Positions 63,232 through 64,000 of a stretch of 64,000 bases of DNA are shown here, one piece after another. Under the pieces are notes generated by a model. That model saw only the letters and a list, made by a program, of their open reading frames with translations, was not told the origin of the DNA and made no database searches. The stretch comes from a virus. Taxonomy: Duplodnaviria > Heunggongvirae > Uroviricota > Caudoviricetes. Position 1 is the stretch's first letter. Every line of letters starts with the position of its first letter. The stretch lies in the IMG/VR virus record IMGVR_UViG_3300043024_000042, one strand, 5' to 3'. The position numbers were made by a program, and so were the translations under genes.

Positions 63232-63753
63232 ATGCCGTACAAACCTTTTCTTATCCGAAAGCAAGCCGACGGAGCCAAGACATACAACTCTGCGGTACGT
63301 TGGGGAATCTATTGCATTAGCTTCCCATTCCAGACTGTGGGCGAAGCGAAGGACCTGCCTTCCCGCTCATGGTATGACGAGCATGGCGATGATGAGTATA
63401 TTCCTGACACTCTTTACATCAAATCATACGAGCTTGAAGTGGAGTTCGCCGTTAAGGGCACTCCTGCGGAAGCGAAATCCAAGATAGATGATTTCTTCGC
63501 TTACCTGACGGGTCGTGACATGGACCGCACGGATGGCAAGGCGAATACATACGGCTCCCGTCTGCAAATCTACGACACGTTTACTTTGATAGGTCGGCAG
63601 AGCTGTCGGTATGTGAGCTACGATAATAAGGCCCACGAGACACAGAAGGTCTTTGACACCTCGTTGAAAGAGGAAGCGTGTATTACATTTTCAGTCAAGT
63701 TCAAGGTCAATGACCCGAACACGGACATTATTTTGAAGGAGGAAACGACATGA
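63232..63753 (+). CDS. hypothetical tail protein, 173 aa
   Basis: Position in the tail module. Confidence 0.4.
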   Translation: MPYKPFLIRKQADGAKTYNSAVRWGIYCISFPFQTVGEAKDLPSRSWYDEHGDDEYIPDTLYIKSYELEVEFAVKGTPAEAKSKIDDFFAYLTGRDMDRTDGKANTYGSRLQIYDTFTLIGRQSCRYVSYDNKAHETQKVFDTSLKEEACITFSVKFKVNDPNTDIILKEETT

Positions 63754-64000
63754 GCGTGAAGTTATATTCCAAAGATGGCAAGATAGAAAGATGCACCATT
63801 CATCAGTTTGAAATGACAGGTGTGTTTATGGGCGAGAGATACATTACTGCGACTATCTCGTCCGAGATTCCCATCGACTTTTCCATCGGAGATTACCTTA
63901 CATATAGAGGTGAGGATTATGTACTGAACTACGTACCGCCAAAAGAGAAGAAGGCGCGGAAGGGGCAGTACGGGGAATCGTTTGTCTACGACAGTGTGAA
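63750..64000 (+). CDS. 5' part of a tail gene that continues beyond the window
   Basis: ATG at 63750 preceded by GAAGGAGG. ATGA overlap with the previous gene. Open to the window end. Confidence 0.4.
   Translation, partial: MSVKLYSKDGKIERCTIHQFEMTGVFMGERYITATISSEIPIDFSIGDYLTYRGEDYVLNYVPPKEKKARKGQYGESFVYDSV

Noticed and set aside
1-64000. Diversity-generating retroelement or retron as an explanation for repeats and tracts
   Set aside because: No reverse-transcriptase motifs (YxDD) were seen in any frame. No template-repeat or variable-repeat pair was identified.

Overview
This 64-kb window looks like one contiguous mosaic genome of a tailed, probably temperate phage or phage-plasmid, about 45% GC except for a ~60% GC island at 34.5-39.4 kb. 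The host is not determinable from sequence; most genes lack Shine-Dalgarno sites. Layout: (i) 1-20.2 kb, plus strand: DNA-modification and accessory genes (PAPS-reductase-like PP-loop protein, dUTPase, multi-TRD C5-cytosine methyltransferase, radical-SAM protein, N6-adenine methyltransferase, SPFH lipoprotein, ParA partition module). Embedded in it are two CRISPR arrays (2763-3123 and 5703-6181) with 100% identical 104-nt leaders, flanking a 2.4-kb cargo island. Array 2 is followed directly by a 366-aa Cas12f/TnpB-like protein that is C-terminally truncated (no Zn finger or RuvC-III) and probably nuclease-dead. (ii) 20.2-34.4 kb, minus strand: a tyrosine integrase plus about 30 small, mostly acidic genes, each preceded by its own GC hairpin and a conserved ~28-nt element (TTATTAACCCCTAAAA..ATGATATG). 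(iii) 34.4-36.9 kb: a repeat-rich non-coding region, candidate origin or regulatory hub. (iv) A GC-rich replication module with a P4/D5-type primase-helicase. (v) A morphogenesis module: large terminase carrying a LAGLIDADG intein, portal, an initiator-like tRNA-Met, capsid genes, tail chaperones with an A9 slippery site consistent with a -1 G/GT frameshift, and a 3268-aa tape-measure protein with internal tandem repeats. Recurrent oddities are 6-10-nt G/C homopolymer tracts in a TAC(n) context at the frame breaks of several DNA-modification genes, and tandem hairpin-U elements at 39.5-40.0 kb. Every functional call is from motif recognition by eye; no database search was run.
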